From Desulfosoma sp. (GTDB lineage Bacteria; Desulfobacterota; Syntrophobacteria; Syntrophobacterales; DSM-9756), in the NCBI GenBank assembly GCA_037481835.1, contig JBBFKW010000002.1, positions 96,001-160,000 of the forward strand: a DNA stretch of 64,000 bases, read 5' to 3'. Shown one piece after another: positions 1 through 9,077 of this stretch. A program made the position numbers and the translations under genes. Numbering within the stretch: the first letter of the stretch is position 1; each line of letters opens with the position of its first letter. The notes under the pieces were generated by a model. The model searched no databases and was not told where the DNA came from. It saw only the letters and a list, made by a program, of their open reading frames with translations.

Positions 1-1
1 T

Positions 2-997
2 TCCGACAACTGCCCGCGCGGGGCCGATCCCGGCGAGACCATGATGGTCATGCGCCGCTACTTGACGAGCCTGTACGACTGGACGGGGTTTTCCCGAAAA
101 TTCTACACCTCGGAAAAATTTGAAATCATGGCCGTGATCGTGACGGGTCTTTTCGTCGGGCTCCTCATGCTGCTTATTCACGGGGAATTCGACTGGCAGC
201 ACGCCTCCCTGGAAAAGGCCTGGCCGGCCCACGGGATGGAAATCGCCGACCTCATCATGGCCTCCATCCTGTCGTTTTTCCTGTTGACCAACGTGTACCG
301 GTTCATGAAGTTCACCATGGGGGATCTCTTGACCAAGATTCCCCTGCGCATATACGCCAGCCAAGCCAAGGAACTGGTGCTCCATTTCCTCACCCAAAAG
401 CGCTGGGCCAAGTGCGAGGACCGGACCCAGTGGGTCATCCACCTGCTCATCATGACGGGCTACACCACGGCCTTCATCCTGGTGGCCGTCCTCCTTGCGG
501 GCGGCTTGGCCGTCTTGGGCCTGACGTGGGAACCGCTACGGTTCCAGCGGCCCTTTGATCCCGCCACGGGTCGGGATGTGATCTATCCCATCTTCCATCC
601 CATCCGCCTTTTGGGCTACTACGCGACCGTCGCCATTTTGATCGGCGCCACGTACGCCCTGATCGGCCGCTTCAAGAGGAGCAAGGCGCCGTACAAGAAT
701 TCCCACGGCACAGACTGGATGTTCCTGGTGCTTTTGGAACTCACGGTCATCACGGGGATTTGCGTGCACATTCTGCGCCTCATGGACATTCCCTTCGCGA
801 CCTACGCCATGTACATCCTCCACCTCATGATCGCCGTGCCCATGCTCGTCTTGGAAGTGCCCTTCTCCAAATGGTCGCACTTGGCCTACCGACCCATGGC
901 AGCGTACCTTAAAGGTGTGAAAGAAAAATACTTTGCCGAAATCCAAGGCGCGCAGGCTCAGGCTCCGGCCGCGGAATCGGCCCAAGCCGAAGCCTAG
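2..997 (+). CDS. qmoC: QmoC-like membrane oxidoreductase subunit (5'-truncated by window edge)
   Basis: Frame is open from base 2 (SDNCPRGADPGETM, end of a ferredoxin-type cluster motif), then multiple TM helices with heme-b-type His (WVIHLL, YILHL) and a C-terminal PFSKWSHLAYRP motif. Confidence 0.75.
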   Translation, partial: SDNCPRGADPGETMMVMRRYLTSLYDWTGFSRKFYTSEKFEIMAVIVTGLFVGLLMLLIHGEFDWQHASLEKAWPAHGMEIADLIMASILSFFLLTNVYRFMKFTMGDLLTKIPLRIYASQAKELVLHFLTQKRWAKCEDRTQWVIHLLIMTGYTTAFILVAVLLAGGLAVLGLTWEPLRFQRPFDPATGRDVIYPIFHPIRLLGYYATVAILIGATYALIGRFKRSKAPYKNSHGTDWMFLVLLELTVITGICVHILRLMDIPFATYAMYILHLMIAVPMLVLEVPFSKWSHLAYRPMAAYLKGVKEKYFAEIQGAQAQAPAAESAQAEA

Positions 998-1119
998 GAG
1001 GCTGTCTGAGAAGGAACCCGAAGGCCTCTTGTCCTGGGAGCGCGGGCCTCCGGCCTGCACGAGAAGCGGGCGAGACGCCCGCGCTCCCAGGAATATGCCA
1101 TTCTCGGACAAGCTCCTAG
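994..1119. mobile_element. MITE-like element, copy 1 (CTAG-flanked terminal inverted repeats, internal REP-like palindrome)
   Basis: Left end CTAGGAGGCTGTCTGAGAA; right end TTCTCGGACAAGCTCCTAG; internal inverted repeat CCTGGGAGCGCGGGC...GCCCGCGCTCCCAGG (1033-1091). Near-identical ends recur at 8557-8663. Confidence 0.7.
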
Positions 1120-1269
1120 AAAAAATCCCCTCTCCCTCTCTCAAGGGGGAGAGGGGAAGCCTCAGGGCGGGAGCCGTCCACGGACCCGCCCGAAATTTTT
1201 ACAAGCTCCGTTTGTCTCGGGAGCATCGGAAGTTCTCAGGGGCGTCGTCGTCTTCCATCAAGACGGACG

Positions 1270-1296
1270 TGATGTTCGTGTGGATGTTGCCGTCTC
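1270..1296. repeat. 27-bp exact copy of an internal segment of the downstream-lying glcD-like gene (1685-1711)
   Basis: TGATGTTCGTGTGGATGTTGCCGTCTC occurs at both 1270-1296 and 1685-1711. Confidence 0.9.
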
Positions 1297-1415
1297 GCCC
1301 CAGTTTCCCCCATGCCCCTTCCGGAAAGACGCCAAGGAAGCCTCGGACTTCGAACCGTCCATAGGGCCTTTTGTCTCCCCTCCGATGGCGAACTTCCGCT
1401 GCGGGCTCCGCAGGC

Positions 1416-2846
1416 TCAGCGGGAGGGGGTTGTGTGGAAAAAGGCGCGGTTGGGCGTGAACATTTTTCCGGGATTCAAAATGTCGTTGGGGTCCAAGGCT
1501 CGTTTGATGCGCAGCATGGCGTCGAAGGCCCCGGGGTCCACTTCCCACTGGAAAAAAGGGCTCTTGGTGATGCCGATGCCGTGTTCGCCGGAAAGGGTTC
1601 CCCCGAGCCGCAGCACTTCCGCGAAGAGTTCTTCCACCGCCTTTTCGGCGCGCTTCATTTCCTCCGGGTTGGACCGGTCCACCATGATGTTCGTGTGGAT
1701 GTTGCCGTCTCCCGCATGACCGAAACTCACAATGACGAGGTCATACTTTCGGGCGAGGCCCTGGTTGAAGGTGATGAGTTCTGCGATGCGCGATCTGGGG
1801 ACCGTGACGTCTTCGTTGATCTTGCCGGTCCGGATGCGACCCAGCGCCGGGGAGATGGCGCGACGGGCGGCCCAGAGTTTTTCCCGGTCCTCGGGGGTTT
1901 CCGCCCTGGTGACCTGGGTCGCGCCGTGGTCTCGGAAAATTTGATCCATGGCGGAGACCTGGCGGGGGAGGACTTCCGGGGGGCCGTCCAGTTCGGCGAT
2001 GAGGAGCCCTTCCGCTTCGGCGGGAATCCCCAAGGGGACGTGGTTTTCCACGGCCTGAAGGGTCGCCCGGTCCAGGATTTCCAGACACGTGGGCACGATG
2101 CGCGCCTTGAGGACGGCGGCGACGGCCCGGCCGGCCGCATCGATTCTCGGAAAAACGGCCGAGACGGTCATGACCGCTTCCGGGGCCGGGATGAGGCGCA
2201 AAACGACTTTTGTGATCACGCCCAGGGTTCCTTCCGATCCCACCAAGAGGCGCGTGAGGTCGTAGCCGACGACCCCTTTCATGGTGCGGGTTCCCGTAGT
2301 GATCCGTTCTCCCGTGGGAAGGACCGCTTCCAGTCCTAGCACGTAATCCCGCGTGACCCCGTATTTTACAGCCCGAGGGCCTCCGGCGCAGGTCGCCACA
2401 TTGCCGCCGATGGTGCTGAATTCCAAGCTGGCCGGATCGGGCGGATAAAACAAGCCGTATTGCGCCACGGTCTTCTGGAAGACTCCCGTGACCACGGCGG
2501 GTTCCACCACGGCCACCATGTCGTCGGGGTGGATTTCCAGGATGCGGTTCAATCGGGCGAGGGAAAGGACGACGCCGCCGCGATCGGGGACGGCGCCGCC
2601 CACCATGCCGCTTCCCGCTCCTCGAGGATAGACCGGAAAACGATACCGGTTGGCCAGCCGAAGGATGCCGCCGACTTGGGCGGCATCGGCGGGAAAGACT
2701 ACGGCTTGAGGCGGGGCGCTGAGCTTGCTCGCATCGTAGCCGTATGGGACGCGGTCCTCCAGGGCCGTGAGGACATGCCCATGGCCGACGATGTCTCGAA
2801 GCATGTCCAGAACTTCATGGGGCATGGAAGGGGCGGGGGCTTTCAT
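1416..2846 (-). CDS. FAD-linked oxidase, GlcD/D-2-hydroxyacid dehydrogenase family
   Basis: PRGAGSG, PDPAS..STIGGN, GSEGTLG, GHAGDGNIH and GEHGIG motifs. Confidence 0.9.
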   Translation of the reverse strand: MKAPAPSMPHEVLDMLRDIVGHGHVLTALEDRVPYGYDASKLSAPPQAVVFPADAAQVGGILRLANRYRFPVYPRGAGSGMVGGAVPDRGGVVLSLARLNRILEIHPDDMVAVVEPAVVTGVFQKTVAQYGLFYPPDPASLEFSTIGGNVATCAGGPRAVKYGVTRDYVLGLEAVLPTGERITTGTRTMKGVVGYDLTRLLVGSEGTLGVITKVVLRLIPAPEAVMTVSAVFPRIDAAGRAVAAVLKARIVPTCLEILDRATLQAVENHVPLGIPAEAEGLLIAELDGPPEVLPRQVSAMDQIFRDHGATQVTRAETPEDREKLWAARRAISPALGRIRTGKINEDVTVPRSRIAELITFNQGLARKYDLVIVSFGHAGDGNIHTNIMVDRSNPEEMKRAEKAVEELFAEVLRLGGTLSGEHGIGITKSPFFQWEVDPGAFDAMLRIKRALDPNDILNPGKMFTPNRAFFHTTPSR

Positions 2847-2969
2847 GGTCTCTTCGGCGGCCTTTTCGGTGTCGGTTCTCGACCTTTTGCCTTTCGGTTA
2901 CGAAAGTAAATATACTAACGGCAGCAGCGAGTCCAATGTCATGAGATGGGGCGGGAGGAGAAAACGGCG

Positions 2970-4091
2970 GTGAAGCCGGTTGTCGCCATCCTTCTTTGTG
3001 TGGTGCTCTGGGGGGCGGCCGAAGCCCAGGGGCCCTCGGCGGATTTCCTCAAGGTCACCGGGCCGTGCGCCATGACCTTTCCCAAGGACCACGGAGCGCA
3101 TCCCGGATACCGCACCGAATGGTGGTACTACACGGGGAACGTGCGCACGGCATCCGGACGGCTCTTCGGCTTCCAGCTGACCTTTTTTCGCTCCCAGCTG
3201 AGTCCGGGCTTGGACGACGCGGGTCCTGACGGTCCGACGTCTCCCTGGCGGACGAACCAGATGTACTTCGCCCATGCGGCCTTGAGCGACGTACAGGGTA
3301 AGCGGTTTTTCTATGGGCAGAAGGCCCTTCGGGGCGCCTTGGGCCTGGCTGGCGTTGAAGCAGCCCGGGATAGCGTGACGGTCCGGGTCCATCCCTGGTG
3401 GGCTTCCATCGGGGCGGATGTCCAGGAGCTTCGAGCCGACACGGCGCAGTTCGCTGTGAATCTGCGCCTTGTGCCCCGAAAGAACCTGATCCTTCACGGC
3501 CTGGAGGGCTACAGCCTCAAGGGGTCGAGTCCTCACCGGGCGAGCTGTTATTATAGTTTTACGCGATTGGCCGCGGAAGGGCATGTGCGGGTGGGCACCG
3601 AGACCCATGCCGTCACCGGCCTTGCCTGGATGGACCACGAATACAGTTCGGAACCCCTGGAGCCGGGCCTCCAGGGCTGGGATTGGTTCAGCCTGCAGCT
3701 CTCCGACGGAACCGAACTCATGCTCTTCGGCCTGCGGCAAAAAGACGGGTCCTGGCACGGCGCGTCCGCCGGGACCTTCGTGGACGCTTCGGGAACGGCG
3801 CGCCGACTCCAGCGGGACGATTTCTCCGTGAACGTGCTCTCGTTCTGGAAGAGCCCCCGATCCAAAGCGACCTATCCCGCCCAATGGCGCCTTCGGGTGC
3901 CGGCGCTCGCTCTGGATCTTCACCTGAAGCCCCATTTGGCGGACCAGGAGCTGGACACCGGGTCCAGCACCGGCGTCACCTACTGGGAAGGCTCCATCGG
4001 CTGCCGCGGCACGCGGGACGGCGCCCCCGTGGACGGGGCGGGCTACGTGGAACTGACCGGCTACGCCCGCCCGTTCGACGCGCCGCTTTAA
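2970..4091 (+). CDS. Secreted lipocalin-like / AttH-CrtC hydratase family protein
   Basis: Signal peptide; FPKDHGAHP.YRTEWWY, WMDHE, GWDWF, YWEG, GYVELTGY motifs. GTG 2970 follows RBS GGAGGAG; alternative start 2946. Confidence 0.85.
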   Translation: MKPVVAILLCVVLWGAAEAQGPSADFLKVTGPCAMTFPKDHGAHPGYRTEWWYYTGNVRTASGRLFGFQLTFFRSQLSPGLDDAGPDGPTSPWRTNQMYFAHAALSDVQGKRFFYGQKALRGALGLAGVEAARDSVTVRVHPWWASIGADVQELRADTAQFAVNLRLVPRKNLILHGLEGYSLKGSSPHRASCYYSFTRLAAEGHVRVGTETHAVTGLAWMDHEYSSEPLEPGLQGWDWFSLQLSDGTELMLFGLRQKDGSWHGASAGTFVDASGTARRLQRDDFSVNVLSFWKSPRSKATYPAQWRLRVPALALDLHLKPHLADQELDTGSSTGVTYWEGSIGCRGTRDGAPVDGAGYVELTGYARPFDAPL

Positions 4092-4111
4092 AAACCCCTC
4101 CACCCCACCCC

Positions 4112-4141
4112 TTGACTTTCACCATATATTCACCTTACCAT
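4112..4141 (+). promoter_or_regulatory. sigma70-type promoter of imuB-dnaE2 with a direct-repeat operator in the spacer
   Basis: TTGACT (4112) -N18- TACCAT (4136); TTCACC repeated at 4118 and 4129 (11-bp period). Confidence 0.6.
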
Positions 4142-4250
4142 GACAGAGCGAAGACGCCTCGGGAAGATGCCCCGGAGTTCGATCTGTGGGCATCCATGAG
4201 GGCCTTGGGGCCGGCCTCCGAAGGGGAGGCGCAGGGGGAGGTTTCGGGTC

Positions 4251-5423
4251 ATGGAACGAGCGGTGCTGCACCTGCATGTGCCGGATTTTTGTGCGGTTTT
4301 GGAAGAGCTTCGGGATCCGTCCCGGGCGCGCCGCCCCTTGGCGGTGGCCGATCCCGGGGGGCGGGCCGTGATTCTGGCGGTCAACCGCGTCGCTCGCCGG
4401 GAAGGCCTCCGCGAAGGAATGCCGTACGCTGCGGCCGTGCGGCGCTGCCGTGCCGTGCAGGTGGTGCCTCCCGACCGACCCTTCTACCGCCGGGCCCATG
4501 AAACCATCCTGGGGGATCTTGCGGCCTTTTCCCCTCTGGTGGAGGGCGGCCCTTTAGGCCGCTACTTCGTCGATCTTTCGGGAACCCGGCGTTTGTGGGG
4601 GCCGGCGACGGACACGGCCTGCCGTCTGGAAGAGCATCTCCTTCGGCGCCATGGGCTGGCGACCCGGGCGGGTCTTGCAGGAAACAAGCTGGTGAGTCAG
4701 GTGGCCGCCGAATGCGTGGGCGTGGGGGATGTGAGTCGGGTGTTTGCGGGCGGGGAACGCACCTTTCTGCACGGGCTTCCCGTGGAGGTCCTTCCGGGGG
4801 TGGGGGCCAAGACGGCGGAGCGGCTCATGGATTTCAACATCCGCAGGGTGGGGGAGCTGGCGGTTCTGAGTTCCGGGGACCTCTTTCCCGTTTTCGGGGG
4901 GCATGCCCCTCGGCTTCTTCGCTTGGCCCGCGGCGAAGACGATCTCCCGGTGGTGCCTTTCGAAAAAGAGGCCGCTCTTCGGCTGGTGCGCGACCTGGAA
5001 CGGGACGAGATCGATCGGGAGCGGATCGAGGCCGTTTTGTTCGATCTTGTGGAAGAAGGGGGCTGGGTGTTGAGGCGCCGCAACCGCGTTCCAGGCCGGA
5101 TCCTTTTGGAAGTGCGCTACGCCGACGGGATGGAGGTCCAGGGGGCGCGGGATGTGGGATTCACGGGCCAGGTTTTGGATCGAGTTCTTTTCGAAACGGT
5201 CCGCGATTGTGCCCGTTCGGTGATCCGAAGGCGCGTGGCGGTGCGCCGGATGGCCGTGACCTGGACCCGATTCCGGGTTCCCTTGCGGCAGCTGGCCCTG
5301 TTTCCCGAAGCGGGGTCGGCCGGGGGGCGGGAACGGCGGATCCAGGAGGCTTTGGACGCTGTGCGCCGCCGCTACGGCCGAGGCGCCATCTTTTGGGGAG
5401 TGACGACCCTCGGGGGCGCGTAG
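4251..5423 (+). CDS. imuB: Catalytically inactive Y-family polymerase (ImuB-like)
   Basis: DinB fold (G.REGMP, GLAGNKLVS, LPGVG.KT) but the DMDAF and SIDE acidic motifs are replaced (LHVPDF; GPLGRYFVD). Clamp motif QLALF near the C-terminus; directly upstream of dnaE2. Confidence 0.75.
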   Translation: MERAVLHLHVPDFCAVLEELRDPSRARRPLAVADPGGRAVILAVNRVARREGLREGMPYAAAVRRCRAVQVVPPDRPFYRRAHETILGDLAAFSPLVEGGPLGRYFVDLSGTRRLWGPATDTACRLEEHLLRRHGLATRAGLAGNKLVSQVAAECVGVGDVSRVFAGGERTFLHGLPVEVLPGVGAKTAERLMDFNIRRVGELAVLSSGDLFPVFGGHAPRLLRLARGEDDLPVVPFEKEAALRLVRDLERDEIDRERIEAVLFDLVEEGGWVLRRRNRVPGRILLEVRYADGMEVQGARDVGFTGQVLDRVLFETVRDCARSVIRRRVAVRRMAVTWTRFRVPLRQLALFPEAGSAGGRERRIQEALDAVRRRYGRGAIFWGVTTLGGA

Positions 5424-5446
5424 GGGACCGGAGCCTGGGAAAAACC

Positions 5447-8400
5447 ATGGTGTGCGTGGTCCATACGTTCTATTCCTTCATGAGGGGGGTGAATTCCCCG
5501 GAAGCGTTGTGCCGGTGCGCGGTCCAGCGGGGCCACAGGGCTGTGCTGTGCGCCGATCGGAACGGCTTTTACGGCCTGGTGCGTTTCCTCGCCGCCGCCC
5601 GACGCTTCAAGGTGGATCCGGTGGTCGGCGTGCATCTGGAGCACCAGGGGCGGCACGTCATCGCCATCGCCAAGGATCTCACGGGTTATGAAATGCTGTG
5701 CCCTTGGGTGTCCCGGCGGCATCTGGATCCCGGCTTTTCCCTGGAAAGGGATTTTCCCGAGGCGGGATCCCATGTGGCGGTGATCAGCGCCGACGCCGCC
5801 TTTCTTCGAGCGGTTGCCCCGAAGGCGGAAGCCTATGTGGGCGTCGCCGCCGGAGCCGAAGGGCGGCGGGCTTTGCGCCTGGCTCGGGACCTGGGGCTTT
5901 CTCCGGTAGCCGTCCATCCCGTCTATTTCGCCGATCCCGAGGATTTTTCCCTGCACCGGCTCGTTCGGGCCATCGACACCAACTGCACCCTGAGCACCCT
6001 GGATGTCCGGGAGTTGGCCTCGCCTGAAGCGTGGCTCAAGGCGCCCGGAGACGTGGAGCGCCATTTTCCCCATTGTCCCGAGGCCGTGGCCCGCGGGGAG
6101 GCCCTCATGCGGGAGTGCCGTGCCGGTTGGGACCGATTTGAAACCGTTTTTCCCCATTACGGCGACGATTCCGGAGATCGTTTCGATGACCTGGTGCGGC
6201 GCTGCCGGGAAGGGATCGTCCGGCGTTACGGGCGAAGCTTTCCCGAATTGGAAAAGAGGCTTGCGGCGGAATTGGAACTCATCCATGCCAAGGGCTACGT
6301 GGATTATTTCCTCGTGGTGGCCGACATTGTGGGGCGCCGGCCCATCCATTGCGGCCGGGGGAGCGCGGCGGCGAGCCTGGTGAGCTATCTTTTGGGGATC
6401 ACCCACGTGGATCCCCTCCGGCACCGGTTGGTTTTCGAGCGGTTTCTCAATCCCCATCGCACGGACCATCCGGACATCGACGTGGATTTTCCCTGGGACG
6501 AACGGGACTTCCTCCTGCACGAGGTGGAGCGGATCTACGGGCCGCAGCGGTTCGCCATGGTGGCCAACCATGTGGGATTCGGCGCCCGGGCGGCGGTGCG
6601 GGAAACGGCCAAGGTGTACGGAATGCCCGCCGCCGAGATCGCGGAAGTGACGCGGCGATTGAGCGGCTGGACTCGACCGGAACGCATCGGGGAAAGGATC
6701 CGATCCCATCCGGCGTTCCGCGGCTTCGCCCTGGACCCGCCGTGGCCGGAAATCCTTGCGCTGGCCGGGCGGCTGGAGGGCCTTCCCCGGCACCTTTCGG
6801 TCCATTGCGGCGGCATGGTGCTGGCCCCGGATCGGGTGGATCGCCGGGTTCCGGTGGAACGGGCGGCCAAAGGGGTGCGGATCATCCAGTGGGAAAAGGA
6901 CCAGGCGGAAGAGGGCGGCCTGGTCAAGATCGACCTTTTGGGGAATCGGTCCTTGGGCGTGATCCGGGATGCTCTGGCCATGGTGGAGGAAAACACGGGC
7001 CACCGGGTGGATTACGCCTCCCTGAACCCGCTGGATGACCCGGACACTCAGGCCCTGCTGGCCCGAGGCGATACCATGGGCGTGTTCTACGTGGAATCGC
7101 CCGCCATGCGCCAGCTCCAGCAAAAGACCCGGCGGGGTGATTTCGAGCACCTGGTGATCCATTCCTCCATCATTCGACCCGCCGCCAACCGATACATCCA
7201 GGCCTACATCGAGCGGCTCCACGGGGCACCCTACGAACCGCTGCATCCCGCCTTGAAAGACCTCCTGGAAGAAACCTACGGCATCTTGGTCTACCAGGAA
7301 CACGTGGTCCTGTGCGCCATGGCCCTGGCGGGATTTCAATGGGCGGAAGCGGACGGGCTGCGTAAGGTGCTGAGCAAGAAGAGCCGGGAGCAGATCGAAG
7401 ACTATCGGCGCCGTTTCGAGGAAGGCTGCCGGGCTCGCGGCGTGGGCGAAGACGTCATCGGCGCCCTTTGGGATATGTTCACATCCTTTGCCGGCTACTC
7501 CTTTTGCAAACCCCATTCCGCGTCATACGCTTTGGTGAGTTTCAAGTCGGCGTGGCTCAAGGTCCATTATCCCGCCGAATTCATGGCCGCGGTCATCGCC
7601 AACGGCGGGGGCTACTACACGGCCTTCGCCTACGTCTCCGAAGCGCGGCGCATGGGCTTGGAAGTCCTCGGGCCCGATGTGAACGAAAGTCGGTGGACAT
7701 GTTGGGGCAAGGGGCGAAGGATCCGGCTGGGCCTGCAGCTCCTGCGGGGCATTCGGCGGGAGGTCGTGGAACGACTGCTGGAAGAGCGATCCCGAAACGG
7801 CCCTTTCGTCTCCCTGGATGATCTTTTCGACCGGGTGCCTCTGCAGCCCTCCGATGCGACGGTTTTGGCCAAAAGCGGCGCGTTGGACGCCTTGGCCGGG
7901 CCGCTCCACCGGGCCCGGCTCCTGTGGTGGATCCACGCCCGGTGCGCTCATGGCAAGGGCCGGGAGACCCGGCATGCCGCCCTCATGGCGCCGCAGGGAC
8001 GGCATGCTTTGGAAGGCTCTGGAGGAGCCGACGGTTTCCGCTCAGCCTCGCCCATGCCGTGCTCCAACGGGTCGCCTCGGCGTTCGTGGAAGGAATGGAG
8101 GGGGATGGCAAGGCAAGAGAGCCTCTCGGCGTTCGGGGGCACCGCGGTCCGCGTGCCGGCCCTGCCGGCTCCGGAGGCGGCGCTTTTATGGCGCCACGAG
8201 CAGGAAACCCTGGGTTTTGTCCTCTCCGTGCATCCCCTGGCCTGTTACGATGCCGCGTACCGCAAACGCCCCCGGCCGTGGGTGCGCGCCGAGGCCATGC
8301 CCCGCTTGGTGGGGAAAACGGTGTGGCTCAAAGGCTGGCCCATCACCCGCAAAGAGGTGGTCACTCGGGAAGGCGATCCCATGGCGTTCGTCTCCTTCGA

Positions 8401-8560
8401 GGATGAGACGGCCATTTACGAAACGGTCTTTTTCCCCGACGCTTACCGCCGCTTTTGCCAAACCCTGGGCTGGGAAAGGCCCTACGCCCTTCGAGGCACG
8501 GTGGAAGAATCCTTCGGCGCCGTAAGCCTCACCGTCTCCCATCTGGAATTCGTAGCCTAG
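5447..8560 (+). CDS. dnaE2: Error-prone DNA polymerase III alpha subunit (DnaE2/ImuC)
   Basis: PHP N-terminus, GRGSAAAS, FERFLNP, PDIDVDF, KIDLLG, YSFCKPHS and C-terminal OB fold. True start is ATG 5447, not 4595. Confidence 0.9.
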   Translation: MVCVVHTFYSFMRGVNSPEALCRCAVQRGHRAVLCADRNGFYGLVRFLAAARRFKVDPVVGVHLEHQGRHVIAIAKDLTGYEMLCPWVSRRHLDPGFSLERDFPEAGSHVAVISADAAFLRAVAPKAEAYVGVAAGAEGRRALRLARDLGLSPVAVHPVYFADPEDFSLHRLVRAIDTNCTLSTLDVRELASPEAWLKAPGDVERHFPHCPEAVARGEALMRECRAGWDRFETVFPHYGDDSGDRFDDLVRRCREGIVRRYGRSFPELEKRLAAELELIHAKGYVDYFLVVADIVGRRPIHCGRGSAAASLVSYLLGITHVDPLRHRLVFERFLNPHRTDHPDIDVDFPWDERDFLLHEVERIYGPQRFAMVANHVGFGARAAVRETAKVYGMPAAEIAEVTRRLSGWTRPERIGERIRSHPAFRGFALDPPWPEILALAGRLEGLPRHLSVHCGGMVLAPDRVDRRVPVERAAKGVRIIQWEKDQAEEGGLVKIDLLGNRSLGVIRDALAMVEENTGHRVDYASLNPLDDPDTQALLARGDTMGVFYVESPAMRQLQQKTRRGDFEHLVIHSSIIRPAANRYIQAYIERLHGAPYEPLHPALKDLLEETYGILVYQEHVVLCAMALAGFQWAEADGLRKVLSKKSREQIEDYRRRFEEGCRARGVGEDVIGALWDMFTSFAGYSFCKPHSASYALVSFKSAWLKVHYPAEFMAAVIANGGGYYTAFAYVSEARRMGLEVLGPDVNESRWTCWGKGRRIRLGLQLLRGIRREVVERLLEERSRNGPFVSLDDLFDRVPLQPSDATVLAKSGALDALAGPLHRARLLWWIHARCAHGKGRETRHAALMAPQGRHALEGSGGADGFRSASPMPCSNGSPRRSWKEWRGMARQESLSAFGGTAVRVPALPAPEAALLWRHEQETLGFVLSVHPLACYDAAYRKRPRPWVRAEAMPRLVGKTVWLKGWPITRKEVVTREGDPMAFVSFEDETAIYETVFFPDAYRRFCQTLGWERPYALRGTVEESFGAVSLTVSHLEFVA

Positions 8561-8663
8561 GAGGCTGTCCGAGAACTCGATTCTTGCCGATCTGAGCAAC
8601 GTAAATTCAGATAGTTACGATGCCATAAAGCACCAAAATCGGCATTCTCGGACAAGCTCCTAG
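8557..8663. mobile_element. MITE-like element, copy 2
   Basis: CTAGGAGGCTGTCCGAGAA ... TTCTCGGACAAGCTCCTAG; ends shared with 994-1119, interior different. Confidence 0.7.
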
Positions 8664-8790
8664 GGCCTGAACGAAAATTTTTCCGCTGCAATTCCCGACC
8701 CGGCACTTCCAAACACTGACCGCAAAAGAATCCTTGTTTCACGAAGGTCCGCTGCACGAAGGGTCTTGGCCGCACTTGTGCCGCAAAACT

Positions 8791-8817
8791 GTCACACAAC
8801 AGACATCGTGTCGTCAC
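8791..8817 (+). promoter_or_regulatory. Pho-box-like array upstream of small ORF/phoH
   Basis: GTCAC (8791), GACAT (8802), GTCAC (8813): 11-bp period. Confidence 0.65.
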
Positions 8818-8879
8818 ACGGCGTGGACAGACTCTTTGACAGAAGGATGAAAACCCGTACCCAAACAAGGGGGAGTCCC

Positions 8880-9077
8880 ATGGGAACCTGGCACGCCGTG
8901 TGTCTCATCGCCTTCGCCCTTCTTCTTATGACTTTGGCAAGAATCAGAGTGTTTCCCCACAATCAACCCAAGACGGATTTGATCGTGGGGCTCCTCAACA
9001 GCCTATCGGCGGGATCCATAAGTGCGGGGAAATCTCGCTGCGTCTCCATGGGGCTGGGAGGTGCCGACAACGGATGA
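8880..9077 (+). CDS. Small hypothetical membrane protein (65 aa)
   Basis: RBS AAGGGGGAG; N-terminal hydrophobic helix; stop overlaps the phoH start (ATGA). Confidence 0.4.
   Translation: MGTWHAVCLIAFALLLMTLARIRVFPHNQPKTDLIVGLLNSLSAGSISAGKSRCVSMGLGGADNG

Noticed and set aside
4595..5446. N-terminal 284-aa extension of the 1321-aa DnaE2 ORF
   Set aside because: Overlaps imuB in another frame and is G/R/P-rich shadow sequence; DnaE homology starts at ATG 5447.
5372..7516. Long antisense ORFs (e.g. 714 aa here, 576 aa over feoB, 562 aa over the Mo enzyme)
   Set aside because: Mirror frames of well-supported genes, expected in high-GC DNA, with no motifs.
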